DNA of 64,000 bases from the human T2T-CHM13v2.0 reference genome, Homo sapiens. The notes beneath the pieces were generated by a model. That model made no database searches and was not told where the DNA came from. It saw nothing but the letters and a program-made list of their open reading frames with translations. Below, piece after piece: positions 28,164-42,326 of the stretch. The position numbers and the translations under genes were made by a program. Where the stretch lies: NCBI RefSeq assembly GCF_009914755.1, contig NC_060935.1; one strand, given 5' to 3'. Positions within the stretch are counted from its first letter, which is position 1. Each line of letters begins with the position of its first letter.

Positions 28164-28805
28164 CTACTCAAACAAACTGGGCTTAGGGGAACACATGCTC
28201 TCTAAATCCATTGTCCTGTCATTTGTCTTCACTGATGTGTTAGTTCTTTAAAATGCCTGGTTTCGAACTTTGCAAAATGATGCATTTTTCCCTGGCTTAC
28301 TCTTCGTTCTCAAACTAGGTTTTAACACAACCCATTTGATATAGAAAGAAGCTGTCTGAGACAGACTGCCAAGGTCAGAGCAAACAAATGTAATCCTGAG
28401 AACCGAAAGATGGATGCATGTTCAAGGGAGATGTGATTCTCCTTCTCTTGTTTGTGAAGAGCCATTAGACAAATAAACCGTTGGGACAAGTCTAGAGGTG
28501 TTGGACCAGGCGCACTCTGCTAGTGTGATGATCAATGACGGACACCAGCCAGCTGTCAGCAGAGGCTGCAGACCAGAGGGAAGGGCTGATCCTCACTCCT
28601 TCCTCAGCAGGGACCACCAGCCTCTTGCATAGTCAGGGACTCAGCAAATCAAGTTTTCCTCCATAGGTTAAAGCTAAACTTTAAACATATCTTCCATTGT
28701 TGATTGTTCACTCAGTCCCAGGATTAGGAGCGTCCAATATACTTGCAGTATTCTATAGTTCTGAACTCTAATCAAGATAAATAACTGTATGGTTATGAGT
28801 AGTGA

Positions 28806-29182
28806 CAGGAACCATCAGGGAAATGCAAATCAAAATCGAAACGAGATACCACCTAACACCCACAAGGATGACTGGAATCAAAAATATAGACAATAACCAG
28901 TGTTGGGGAGGATATGAGAAAATTAGGACCCTGATACATCCTAGTGAGAATATAAGATGGTACAGCTGCTTTGAAAAGTCTAGAAGTTCCTTAGAAGTTT
29001 AAACATAGTTACCAAATGACCCAGCAATTCCATGGAGGTAGATACCTAAAAGAAACGAAAACATATGTCCACACAAAAACTTGTAAAAGAATGTTGACAG
29101 CAGCTCTGTTCATAATAACCAAAAAGTGGAAACAACTCAAAGGTTCATCAACTGATGAATGGACACAGCTTGTGTGGTACAG

Positions 29183-29186
<4 letters not shown>
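28806..29186 (+). mobile_element. Old L1M (L1MB-like) ORF2 C-terminal fragment
   Basis: Translations IREMQIKIETRYHLTPTRM and KTCKRMLTAALFIITKKWKQ. Confidence 0.85.
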
Positions 29187-29220
<34 letters not shown>

Positions 29221-29263
29221 GTATATCTATTTATTATGTATTGTATATATCTATGTGTATATA

Positions 29264-29950
<687 letters not shown>

Positions 29951-30685
29951 TATATGTGGAGGTGGGGAGACAGAAACAGAGACAGAGAGAGAGAGAGAGA
30001 GAGAAATACTGAGACCTAGAAAGCTTGAATAACTCATTTCAAGTCAAGAGCAACTTAATGGTAAACTTGGATCAAAACACAAAACACTATTCTTTTTAGT
30101 CCTGTATTGTTTCCACTATATCACAATACAGTGTTCAATAGTTCTCTTTAAATCACATACCAGGAGCTAAATTTACTGAAGTATTACAAAACCACCAAAT
30201 GAGCTTTCACAGGAGACCTAAAAGAGGAAATTAAAGATGCAAATAGTTTAAGAAAAATCTGTGTTTGATTCAGAAACTTAAAACCAGTTTCTTCAAAAAC
30301 TTGTTAAAAGAGAAAGAAACAGGCATTTTTACCCAAAGAAAGAAATACCATATTCTAGAGATTCACTAAATAATTTTTATGATTCTCTATGCTACTTTCA
30401 AGAAACTCTGACTTCAGTTATGTAGACTAAGGTGACAAGAACCATTTATGTAATCAACTGTAATTACATGAAATTCTCTCTTTAGCACATGGTACCCACT
30501 GAATGTGGCACAAAAGAGGATATGATCAGTTGATTCAGGATGATGTCATTTCCATGATTCTAAACCAAGAATCTTCAAGAAAGCCTGGGCTGCAAGTTCC
30601 AGGGTCAAATTGCAGACTGCTTGCAGAGAGTGGCTCTGCTATTCCAAGAACCTCAGATGGCTCACTGGAGTGATCTGCTTTAGAT

Positions 30686-30818
30686 AGTGTGATCATATGT
30701 CTTGAAATTTCCATGACAGTCTTGTTTATACATGTTGCTCCAGAATATTTATTATAGTGCTCTCTTTCACAATCAGAGGTGTTCCGCTTTGAATGGTGAG
30801 TTATAAAATAGTTACCCT
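30686..30818 (+). mobile_element. MER94 (hAT-Blackjack MITE)
   Basis: agtgtgatcata...gacagtc...ttattatagtgctctctttcac...gttaccct. Confidence 0.72.
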
Positions 30819-31629
30819 AGCCATGTGGAGTGTGCTCGCTCACTTAACATTCAACATGCAGTAAGCCACTTTCACACATGGCCCTGTGCTCACGACTTAA
30901 TAGAGGTTATTAGGCAAACCCAGCTTCACTCTGCTAAAGGTATTTTATTTTAAAATTACTCAAAGCCTGTCTGAATTCCACCCTAACTCCATAACAGACA
31001 TTGGGTGCCTTCAGGAAATTACTTAGCTTCCCTCTGGTTTATTCATGTTTACTATGAAATGGGAATAATTGCATCAGTCTTACCACACCAGGTAATAAAT
31101 AATGGTCGAGGAAGTAATTAGGCTTAGAAGCTGGATAGAAACTAAGATGCCTAAGTACTAATTAGGAATACAGCTGAGTAGATTGTGGTTGATGGCCGTC
31201 CAAATGAATATGTCACCTCTAATTTCTGCCTTGTTTCTTGTCTTATTTTAATTGTATCTATCTTCTAAGTGTCTTATCTTTACAAAGTACCAATCCTGAA
31301 CCAACGAGGTTAGATGCTTAATTTTTCTCGTGTTTTGCTGGGCATTTGCTGGCTCTAACAGCAAAGGGGCATTAACCTAACCAAAAATAAAATGGTTTCA
31401 TATCATTATAAAAATTATTCTGTCAGTGTGAAATGCCATAACAAAAAAGCTTGTATATGTTGATGTCATATATATATATTTATATTTATGTATTCATTTA
31501 TTCTTATTTTACATATATAGTTATTTGTGGATAAGCAGTTTTGGTGAAGAATAGCTAGTATGTTTTTGAGTAGTGTCAAGGCCTATACTTTTGAGCTATT
31601 TTCTAACTCCAAACAGATCTAGAATCAAT

Positions 31630-31860
31630 TAACCTTTACCAAGGGCCTGCTATATTTCAGGGTCTGGACTGAACAGACGATTATGTCATTGAATCTTCAT
31701 TGAATTCCTGCATAATGGATATTCTGATTCTCATTTTGCAGGTGAGTTACCTAAAATTTAGAAAGAAAAAAGTAATTTACTCAAAGTCACATAAGTAATA
31801 AAGGAAATAAAATTAAAACTCGTCTTCTAACTTCAAAACTAGTTCCCTGTGCAACTACAG
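31630..31860 (-). mobile_element. MIR
   Basis: tcattgaatcttca...ctcattttgcaggtgag...ctcaaagtcaca. Confidence 0.68.
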
Positions 31861-32769
31861 TATATGCCAACAGGCATGGTTGCTGAGAGAAGCAACTGAG
31901 GTGAAGAGGTAGCCACCAGATGGACCATGCATATTTTTCATATTAAAATGATTAAATCTCTTGCAACGAGAATGGCCTATAAATAATAAGAAGCTTTTTC
32001 TCCATGTACTACTCTATTTGCAGATCCTTAGAAGTCCGGATTCTATTTTTAATTCTTTATGTTTTTCTGGTTACAGAATTCCTATATAATTAAAATGAGA
32101 AAAGCAAGGAAAAAAGGAAACTATTCCTTGGAATTTCTTTCATGCTCTGTTCCCAGCCTGTGTGTGTATTTTTTAGTGTGTTTTTAAAAGGTTGCATTGA
32201 CTCAGCAACAGGATAGCCAGCTACGTGACAGTTCATCTCTGGTTTCTATTACCCGTGATGAATGCCAGGGATCGTGTTTATACTCTTGAGTCTATACACC
32301 AGTTATGGTCTTAGGGAATTTGGTTGCGGCTCTGATTAAAAAAAAAAAAAAAAAAAAGTGTGGGGGTGAGGGGTTTGGACAGGAGGCCAAGAAGCTAAGC
32401 AGGGAGCTGCAGGCATTTCACAAGCTGTTGGGGTGCAGGGTGATGGGCCCATGAAAGAGTGACTCCCTAGTCCTGGATTCTGAGTGCAAAGTATAGCCTT
32501 CTCTGTTCTTGATGCTACCAGACTGTATTCAGGAACACTTAAGAGAAATGATGGAAGTCAGAGCTGAAAGCTGTGTCCTCGCCAGATCAGTGGAAGGGCA
32601 CGACAATCATTCAGCTAACGAAGGAAACTCCTTGGCTAGCCATGAGTTCATTATAACCAAAAGTGGGAGTGGGCAGGATGGGGTGTTGAGGGATACATGA
32701 ATTGTTGAGCAACTGCTTTGGAAGGGCACCAAACTTCATGTTTGTTCCCTTGCACACTTGTCCTTTCCA

Positions 32770-33560
32770 TAATTCATAGAATAATTCTATCTAAAGGTTA
32801 ATATAGACCTTGAAGTTCTCCTAGCCCAGCCCCCACTTCACGTTTGAATGTTTTCTATCACATCTCACCAAACATCATGCCTGGGTAAGTCCAGGAATAA
32901 ATAACTCATTGCTTCCTGAGCCATCCCAGCTCATTTTGAGGCAACTCTAACTATTTGAAAAACCATCATTCATTTATTCAATAAATATTTATTAAATGCC
33001 AACTAAGTGCCCAAGCCTGGTTTTAGATGATAGAAAAAAAAAGTAAACAAACAAGCACCCCGCACGCCCCCACCAAAAAAATCCCTACTTTCATGAAGTT
33101 TGCTTTTCTTACACTAAGCCAAGCTAAAAGTTGATCTTACCTAACCTTCTTCCTCACTGAGCTACTTACAACCCTCTAGGTCCTCTCATTAGGCATGGGA
33201 AAAGTGCTTAGTTCTTCTCCCATGTAAATATTTAAAGACACTGGTAGTACCCCGTTTGGCCTTGTCTTTTTAGTTCCTACATTTATCCATAGTTACATGT
33301 TTTCAAGGCTCTTCACTACACCGGCTCCAAATTTCTGGGCTTGTTCTGCTTCGTTGTTCTTCCTTTTCAAGTGCAATCCTCAGAAGTTAATCAGCTACTC
33401 CAGATGAGTTCTGACCAGCACAGAATATAGCAGCGGCATCATTACCTTGTTCTAGTTCTCGGATGTCCATTAATACAATCTGAGTTTAAGTTGCCATTTT
33501 TGATTTCACAAATCACTGCTGATGCACATGAAACTCAGCTAATTTTTTCAACCCTGTTAT
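32770..33560 (-). mobile_element. L3/CR1 LINE 3' fragment, with a small L2 insert at ~32965-33110
   Basis: tactccagatgagttctgaccagcacagaatatag and ctcattgcttcctgag...caactctaact match recalled CR1/L3 3' sequence. Confidence 0.7.
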
Positions 33561-33839
33561 TATGTAAGATACTTACTTAGATTGGAAATAGGTCCACAGC
33601 AACCAGCAACAACCACACTGCTCATGAGATTCTCCTGAAAAACAAGCTCAGCCTCCCTCAAAGAGAGCTACGGGACATTTTCAGCCAGCCTGAAGACCAC
33701 AAGTGTGCCTGGTGCCAGCCAGAATTGTCTTCCATTGAGAGAATTTGCAGATTCTAGTAAATCTCAAGTCTAAACCTCAGCTAAATTATTTAGAAACAAT
33801 GAGCAAGGGCAGCTCTAACTTGGCCCAATATCTGCAATA

Positions 33840-34060
33840 ATAAAAGTTAATACATTTTGAGCACTGCATACATTATCTAATTTAATCTTCACAACATCCT
33901 TTTGAGGTGGGTACTAATTTTACCAGGACCTTGATTTTGGGATGAGAAAATGAAAGCTTATTGAGATTAATCCCTTGCCCAAACTTAGACAGATTTTAAG
34001 GGCAAGTAGGACTCAAATATAGATGAGTGGACTCCAAAGCCCATGTACCTAACCACTCTA
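33840..34060 (-). mobile_element. MIR
   Basis: atttaatcttcacaac...gatgagaaaatgaaagct...cttgccca...gactccaaagccc. Confidence 0.75.
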
Positions 34061-34463
34061 ATCACCAGACTTCTCATTTTCATTGCTAACCTGTCAAGCA
34101 ATGTTGCTTGAGAGGGAAGGAGATGCATTCCCCCAACACATTATTCTTTCTAAATTTTTTAAGAAATGTTAATAATCAAGCTTAGAAACAAGCAAAAAAA
34201 AATGACTCCACAGACATATTAGCTTGGGAGGGATCAAGTTGGTTTCTCCCACAGGTTCTGAGAAGCAGGGAGGCTATCTGGGATCCTCTCATAAAAAATC
34301 CTTCTGATTCTGATTCTGATGTCCACCTCACAAGTCAAATGGGGAACTGAGCTTGACAACAAATAGCCGCTTTCTTATTTCTACTCCTTTCCCATAATTT
34401 TCAACAGGAGATGACTATGTTTTATCTAATGATCTGACTCTGTGGAGTGGTCTCTAGGTTGCA

Positions 34464-34479
34464 CCCCCCCCCCCCCCCC
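34464..34479. repeat. C16 homopolymer
   Basis: Visible in sequence. Confidence 0.95.
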
Positions 34480-37400
34480 GAGTGTGAGCTAATGGAAATG
34501 TTTTGGAGACCACTGATCCAACTTGCTCTAGAGTTAGGGCTGGCCCCCTCCATCCAAAACACTCAAGGGCCCTGATATCTTAGTCTGCTCAGTACAAAGC
34601 CACACAATCTGACTCTACCCTGCCCAGGCAATAGTGCAGTCCTAAACACTGTCCTCTGACTTCAGGTAGCTCATGTACCAGGGAGAGACCTTTCAAAGAC
34701 CGGTGAGAATACCCAACTGACCAGTGATTAAGAAAGGGAAATTTCAGATTCTTGCACAGTGAATACACAGTTGAGCCAAGTACAGAATTTTGATTTTCTC
34801 CTCTCTGCTTATGGATAATTCATTCTTTTATTTCTTCATCTATATGTGAAAATTTGTTTTCCTTATATTTTCTGTGTTGCTTCTATTCCTATCAGGCTTT
34901 CCTGTACACACTGTGTAACTCCAACAGAAACAACCTGAACTCCTAAGGATACAATTGAAACTATTAGTTTGCTATAACTTTTCTATTTGATTTACCAAGA
35001 TACTCTCCCTATAGCCAAAATAATTATATAGCAATCTATGTTGTAGCAAAAGGAAATAAACAACGGTGTTTCTTAAACACTTACATAGAGAGTTTAGATG
35101 TATTTTTTAACCTTCTTTTCTCTTTTTCATCTAATTTAAGGTGAGATTCCAGGATCTTTCTCATGAAAGATCCCCAGAGAATGTGCCTGCTAAACTTGAT
35201 AGAGTCACAAAGCTAGGTTACAAAAGAGAGCAAATTAAATTTAGACCCAAAAGTGTTGATACCACATATACTGACGCATTTCTTCAACAGTTTTCCTTTG
35301 TTTATTTATTCAGGGCACTAGAGAAGGTGCTCTAATCTTTTAATAACAGACTCAATCTGCCATTGTCAAAATTATCAACAAAAATAATAAAATGGGTTAA
35401 ATACAACCACAAAAATTCACTGTGAGAACCAACATTTCTTTCTACTTGAAAATTCCTTCAATTTAGGTGGTAAAAAATTATCTGGATATCTAGAAAGGTA
35501 CAACTTTAAGTCACCTTTCAGAGTACTAATCCCAGAGTAGTATTTTATTTTAAGGGAAAGAACCTCACAGGGGACAAGAACGCCACAGGGAATTCACTGC
35601 AGACTCCAAAATCTGCCAGTTCCTGGAAGGATGGGTTAGTCCCAGCAGTACTGCAGATGATCTAAGAGCATCCCCGCCTTAGGGGAGCTGAGAGGGTGGC
35701 ATTGACAGCTTCAGTGGAGTCAAGATGGTCCACAAAGGTACAGTCAATGGTGACAGCAGTGAAGAGTGGTTCAGTTGAGCCATTCACATGTAGCTTTTCA
35801 GTCTGAATGTAGACAGCTTTTGACTCTTAACCCATGGGATGCAAGTTCCCTGCAGGATGAGGATGAAAAGATACTGGGGAAATAAAAGGCCATGTGATAA
35901 GCATCATGAGAAAGGACAAAGCATGTGCTGAAAGGCTTTCAAAGCCACTTCTGATGAAAGTGATCGGGAAGAAGTAGCATTGGAAATGGATGTTGAAAGA
36001 TAGGTTTGATTTCAACATAGGGTATGGGGGAGGGGGTCACTCTATACAGAAAGTGAGTAAAGTTGGGGAGTGCAAGAATGTTCACAGCACCTACAATTTG
36101 TCCAAATGGTTGAAAAACATGCAGAGAATGAGTTGATGTAAGAAAATGACCAGACCAAGGAAAGAATCACTTGGCATATAATGTTAATTTTTTGAAATTT
36201 TATTTAATATATAGGATTTGTAAAGATCTTTCTGTAGCAATTTTTTAAGGTCTTCCTTCCTTCCCCCTTTTATACCTCCCTTTAGGCTATAAGTTGCTGA
36301 AATAAAGGGAAATATGTTTTTATCTTTTATACCTTCCTAAGCCTCTAGAATAAAGTTTGGTTTGAAAAAGTCAGTAAAATCCAGCAAGCACAGGTACCAA
36401 CATTATAAAGATGATTCATACATGGTTCCAGGCTTCCCAACTAGTGGAAGAGGCAGAGCTAGAAACAGATGAGTTCAATGTCATCTTTTAAAATGATGGT
36501 TATTCATAGGATGCTTGGAAATGCAGAGGGGCACTAAATATTTATGCTCAATAAATAGTTGTGGCCTCGCTGTGTGGGAGTGTTTGGAGATCTAAAGGTA
36601 GCATGAGATGTACAAATGTGGAGTTTAGTTTTAAAGAGACCACCAAGAATTGCTTCATTTATGAGTGGCCCTGGCCCTGCCACTGATTAGCTCCATGAAC
36701 TTGAGCAAGTAATCCTTCTCAGAATGTTTCTTTTGTTGATAAAGTTAGGAGTTGCATGATAATGATGTCTAAGTTTAAATTTTGAAAAGCTTGAATTTTA
36801 TGCCAGATGGCTTTATTATTTCCCTGGTTCCAGATCCCTTTCCCTCTTGCCTTTCACGCCCTGTGCCCTAGGGCTGTATGGTGTGTACCCCTATAATTCT
36901 CCCAGCCTGCAGGGCAAAATGTAAAAACTTCAAGCCTCTTTTTCAGCAGACAGAAGGGAGGGTCAGGGCAGGATCTCGGTAGGTTTTGTCCAAGCAGTCG
37001 GCTCACTCTTAAGCTGGCCTGAGGCAGCAGCACCTCCTTACGCTCATGTGCAGAGATCCAGCCCTCCCAGTGCCCCGCTTTGAGTCCCAGGGCTTTTCTC
37101 AGCCCTTGCAGCCAGCTGAGCCACTTCTACCACTCCCACCAGCTTATAAGAGAAAGAGACTTCTTCTGTGCTATGTCTAATATTATCAGGTCCATTTTGA
37201 AAATGAGACTAACATAGCCACAGCTCCTCCCTCCAAGGGAGACTCTCATAGCACTATTCAAATTGCATGATGAATCAAGCCCTGCTGAACTGCATTCGTA
37301 AATCAACCGGACAATGCTTAGAACTTCAGGAGGAAATATGGAATTAGATGTGGGAGCTCTAAAAATCACCTCACAAGACAGAAAGGGAAAGAGAAGAACC

Positions 37401-39199
37401 AGAAGGAAGACTCAGAAAAGAGTTAGACTTGAGCTGGCAAGAGAAGCACAGAAACGCTTCTTCTCAGAGCCTAGTTATTGTTGGCAAGCACCAGAGCTCT
37501 GCTGCAAGGACCTCCCATGGTGTCCAGCAGAAAGAAAAAATCAAAAAAGATGGGAGCACTCGGGTGTTTTCATTTTAATTAGGGTTATTTATAGGGTAAA
37601 GATTGCTGTGTTTACATGGGTGCATTTTCTTTCTCAATGGTCATAGTCAGCTTTTTTTTTTGTTTTCTCATTATAGAAACAGAGAAGCAACCTAGCTGCT
37701 TCTGGTTAGGACCCATCTGAGATTCCAGAAACCTCTGCTGAGTCAGGTGGAGATTGAGCTGAGTCTTAAGAAGCAAGAGTTCTGAGACTCTGCCACTTCT
37801 GCCCCAGGGAAGATGCAAACTGCTGACCTGCCCAGGATGGATGTCCCTGGGAAGGAAGTCTCTGGTGTCAGTCTGGAATGCCAGCCAGGAATTTGGGCAA
37901 CAAGGAGAAGCAATTGCAAATAGTCTCTCAATGTGGAAGCTGAGAAGTCTGAGTCTGAAACAACACGAGGAGTAAAGCCCCCATGTCTCCCCCTCAGCTC
38001 CTCCAGGGTTTGGAAAGAGGAAGGAAGGACCCCTGAGTGTTTCGCTGTTTATTACGAAGAGGACTAAGTAAAGGATAAGGAGATGTAAATGCCAGTCCCA
38101 ACTCTACTGTAAGCAGGAGCCCTGGGCAAGTCACTTTCCTTCTCATTCTATAAAAAAATGGGCTTCTATGGACCTCAGTTTCTCTTCTATAAAATGAAGA
38201 GGCTTGGACTCAGTGGTCTCTAGGAGTCTTTGCTGTTTGATTTTATGAATCAGGGAGTTCTATAAGAAGAGGTCAGAGCTGCCTCACTTACTATTTCTTC
38301 AAAGCATCTTTGGCCAAGGCATTGGATTTCTCAGCAGGCTTTTGCCCAACAGCCAGTGGACTGGTGCCTACTTCTGAGCAAAGGGCTAGGGAAAGCAATG
38401 GTAGCTGCTCAAATCTACAGGAGTATTTTCCATACATTAATATGGAAAAGCATGTGTCATGGACTGGGCCCTGAGGAACACCTCAGCCTGGTAATTGACA
38501 GGAATAATTATTTTTTTCCACTGCAGAGAGAAGTTCATGTGCCTTGAAAGTTAAGGAAGGTAAAAAACACACTTACCCAATAAGCAGACACTCAAATATA
38601 TGAGCATAATCAGCAAGGTTTGATGTAGACGGGCAAAAAAACAAAAGAAAAGAATGAGCAGTTGGGGCCCTCCACTCCACAAAAGAAAGCCCCTGAGGGT
38701 CCCCCATTTTCTCACCAAGTCCCTTATCCTCTCCACACCCCAACTCTGACTGCCTTGTCCATTAAACAGCCTCGAAATACTCCTTGTGTTTGCCTTGGGT
38801 AGTGGCGAAAAAAATAAAGAAGAGAGATAAGGGATCAGAAGGAACAGATCTTGAGAAATTTATGAATAATTAATAAGAATTGAGAGAAGAAAGAGAGTGA
38901 AAAAAAATTTCCATGGGAAGAATTCCTCTACCTGGACAGGACAGGAAAGGTAATCTTGTGCCTTACCGAGAACCCCAAAGTAGACTGAGCTTGTCCGTAG
39001 CCCTTGCCCCCTCTCACCATGTCTTACCCCAGCCATTCTTCCTTCTCCCATAACCTTTCATTCACATCTCCCCATTCCATTTCTTAGCAACCATGTTAGC
39101 AAGTGACTAGTGTCCTCCCCATATCCTTACACAGATGTGAGCAGTTCATACTGTCACACTAACTGCAGACTTCATTCTGCCTGTCTCTTTCAATCTATT

Positions 39200-41000
39200 T
39201 AGAAGGGAAAGACAAAAAGAATGGTGAGAAACTACTATTCTGTGACCCAGCAACTGGCCAGAAGTTTCAGATTTGGAGCAAGGCTGAGAAGAGGTTGAAG
39301 AAAGATTAGCAACGCTATAATTAGCTGATGGGTACTGTTGTATACACCCTTACTTATAGCAAAGAGAGCTCTCCATGATTCATTGTGTTATTTCTAGGCA
39401 TTTGGCTCATACCAGCCAGTTTGCTTCAAGATTTTCTCAAATCTTTTGTGGTTCCCATATGCTGAGAAAGCCATTCTTTAGGAGCAGAGATGTTATCTAT
39501 TCCTCAAGTTGTGCAATCATCAGTTTGCAAAGCCAAAGCCCATTGCTGCCTTGCCAGATTTCATCTGACCCCAAACAATTAAGGGACTAGTATTGGTCAT
39601 TTGCATGGCATTTTGAATCCCAAAAGAAATATGAAAAAAATCATTTATCCTTGAAAGGTTGACTGAAACAATCTTGCAGCAATTTTTCAGCTCAGCCCAC
39701 AGAATGTTTACAAATCTCTTCTGACACTAGGCATAGTCCAGCAATGATATATCTGATAGAAATTGCCCAAAGGAGTTCAATACTAAAGCTCTGAAATTGA
39801 ACCCAAATTTAAAAACACCACAGCCTGATTTCCTTTCAGTCCAGCCTAATATTTTTCTAGCTTTTCTTCTACTAACCAACTTTGAAACAGCTGGCCTGAT
39901 GCTAGAATAGGTCCTGTATTTAGTTCACAAGTTGGAGGAGGGGTAGTGTTACCCCAAGAAGCAAAGAGACTCCTGTTTTTAAGGCAAGGCCCTCCTTGCA
40001 CACAACACTAAATCTGGCCCACTGACCATCTAGATTTCCCTTTTAGAAATATTCTGAACTGGAGACCCTTGCAGACACAAGCCCAAGGACCAAGGGTCAT
40101 CTTTACCTTTTTTTCTGTGTGGATCAGTACTAAGAAAGCTCTCAAGTGTGCCTTGCTACATTTTTGTTCTTAAGACTTCTACTTATATTTTATACACTTT
40201 TTATTGTCGGGAAGCTAGGGGCTTCATTCAACATCTCCCTATTCCTAAGATGGAGGTCTATCTATTAATATACATTCTTCCTCTTTTTTTCTTAGTCCAA
40301 GACTTTGTATATTTCTGAATCAGCAGTTGTACACATCTGGCACAAACAAGACAATTTTTTAATTTGTCACTTCCTAGTTTTCTGAAAGATGACAGATTCT
40401 GTCAATTTCAGCAATCCCCCTCCTAATTTTTTCTGCCATTGTTCCAGAAAAGAAAAGCTTAGAAAAATATTGTCAAATCACTTTTGCTAATCCTCCTGTA
40501 GTAAGAGGATTCACTCCATGATTTAATATCTTCTCAGCTTGGCTCTGTAACACTTCTTTCGGATTCTTCTGCTTCTGTTAGAAAGGAGGCTTTGATTTCA
40601 TCTCAATGTTGCTAGGATGAAGACGTTTGCTAGCCATTAGCTTTCTCATTGCAGCATCAGTAGCACACATTCTTGATTTGTCCCCTGACGTCCATAGTAG
40701 CTTTTGATCTCTTAATAATCTAGAGAGTGGTGAAGTGAAGGTGGCAGCAATTGGAAGAGAACTTCCAGCTGATATTTCTGTTGCCCTTCTGCTCTTTCAG
40801 ATTTTTCTGTCTTCTGGAATATCTTGATCTCCAGGAAGAATGGAGCCAAACACTCACCTTATGATTCAGCCCTCACGCCTCATGTTTTGTGAAATTATAT
40901 CTGTGCTGAGACATTGCACACTCATTCCGTTTTCCTTAGCATTGATATTATAATACTATTGCTTCAATCTTGGCCTCCTTCCAACCACTGGGAGACAGAG
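39200..41000 (-). mobile_element. Ancient RTE-clade (BovB-like; MamRTE1/L4-type) LINE fragment with decayed linker and RT coding sequence
   Basis: Hand translation gives collinear motifs KLGSDKLKN..QKYTKSWTKK (40380-40288), ISLLDYA*CQKRFVNIL (from 39750), AFSAYGNHKRFEKILKQTG (39471-39415) and FAISKGV (39363-39343), resembling recalled RTE ORF motifs; boundaries approximate. Confidence 0.62.
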
Positions 41001-41329
41001 AAGTTGCATGAAGGATATGTGAGGCTATGTTAAACCAGAATGATGATAACACTGCTTCTCCACACATAAGTCATACCCATTCCCACTACCACTAACTCAA
41101 ATATCTCTGGTGAGCAGGATAATTTCTAATGCTCAGCTAAATGGCCCTTTATTTCAAGAAGTAGAGAGATCTACATTCAAGGACACTTTTTTAAATGGGC
41201 AGATCTTGAGATTGTAATGGAATATTTTCTGTGGATATTATTGTCACCCAGGTGAACTTCCTTCAATTTTTATTTTTACATAATCCCTTCTCTACCATCC
41301 CTTGATCCTTTTGGCTAGATTTAAATGAA

Positions 41330-42326
41330 GAATAAAGGCTGTACTAGAACCTACAAGTCCAGATATATAACCTGGCACCTGTCTATATCTCCAATCTCCT
41401 CTTCTATCCGTCTCCCTCTCTTAATCAGTTTTTGATAATGGTGGCCTGATGTTCTTTCCTACCACAGTCCCCAGCAATCTTCACACACACACTGTTTCTT
41501 CAGCCTGGGATTCTCTTCACCATCTCTAAAATGTAAGCAGCTCCTACACATCCTTCACTTACAGAGACACCGTATCTTCCACACAGACACTCCTCGGTCA
41601 TCTCCAGACTAACTCGCTGCTAGTGAGCAACTGCAACTTATGTTCCCATGTATCCATTCAATCTTCTCTTAATAAGCATATTCCCTCATTTCTGGGGGAC
41701 TCTCTGTCCCTCGCTCTTGAACCACATCTCATTTTGGTGAGGCTCCACATGGCACAGGCTTATGCCAAATGGTGGTTGGTATGAAGATGGGTTCATTACA
41801 CAATCATACTTTTTCTGAGGATGTTGGAATCAACATCTCACTTTTTCCTACTGTCTTGGAGCTGGGATGTGAGCTGTAATGCAGCTGTAGCTGGAACCCT
41901 CTCAAAATGGCATTAACACAGTAGACGCAGAGCTTTGAAATGGAGAAAGAGAAACCAGATATAAATGGCTATGGAATTACTGTTGCCAGGGAAGCCTGAA
42001 GGCTTCAACTTATAAAATTCCTCTTCTTCTTCTTCTTCTTTGTTTTTATTTTCGATTAAAGCAGCTTGACTTGAGTTTTCTCTCATTTTTAAAAGAAAAA
42101 TTCTCCGTTGCACACTTTGAGCACCCTGAGTCTTCTCACATTTTGGCATTCACGACAAGGGTAAGCATTTGTTCAATTTCTATCTCTTTCATACTAGATT
42201 GGAAATTCCATGGAAGTTGGAATCCTATGAGTCTTATATATCACTATTTCTCTCGTTTCTAGTACAATGTGGAGCACATAATGAAATATCAATAAAATAT
42301 TTCTGAATTTAATGAATGAATGAATG
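41330..42326 (+). mobile_element. L2 fragment with nested MLT1K/L-like LTR (~41625-42105)
   Basis: L2 body and tail (aatgaatgaatgaatg at ~42311); LTR-type 3' end ttaaagcagcttgacttgagttttct. Confidence 0.6.

Noticed and set aside
39200-41000. Endogenous RNA-virus element (short resemblances to bornavirus N/G, filovirus NP, paramyxovirus N, flavivirus NS1)
   Set aside because: Each resemblance was a few residues with inconsistent spacing and the candidates were mutually exclusive. The RTE reverse-transcriptase interpretation explains more motifs in the correct order.
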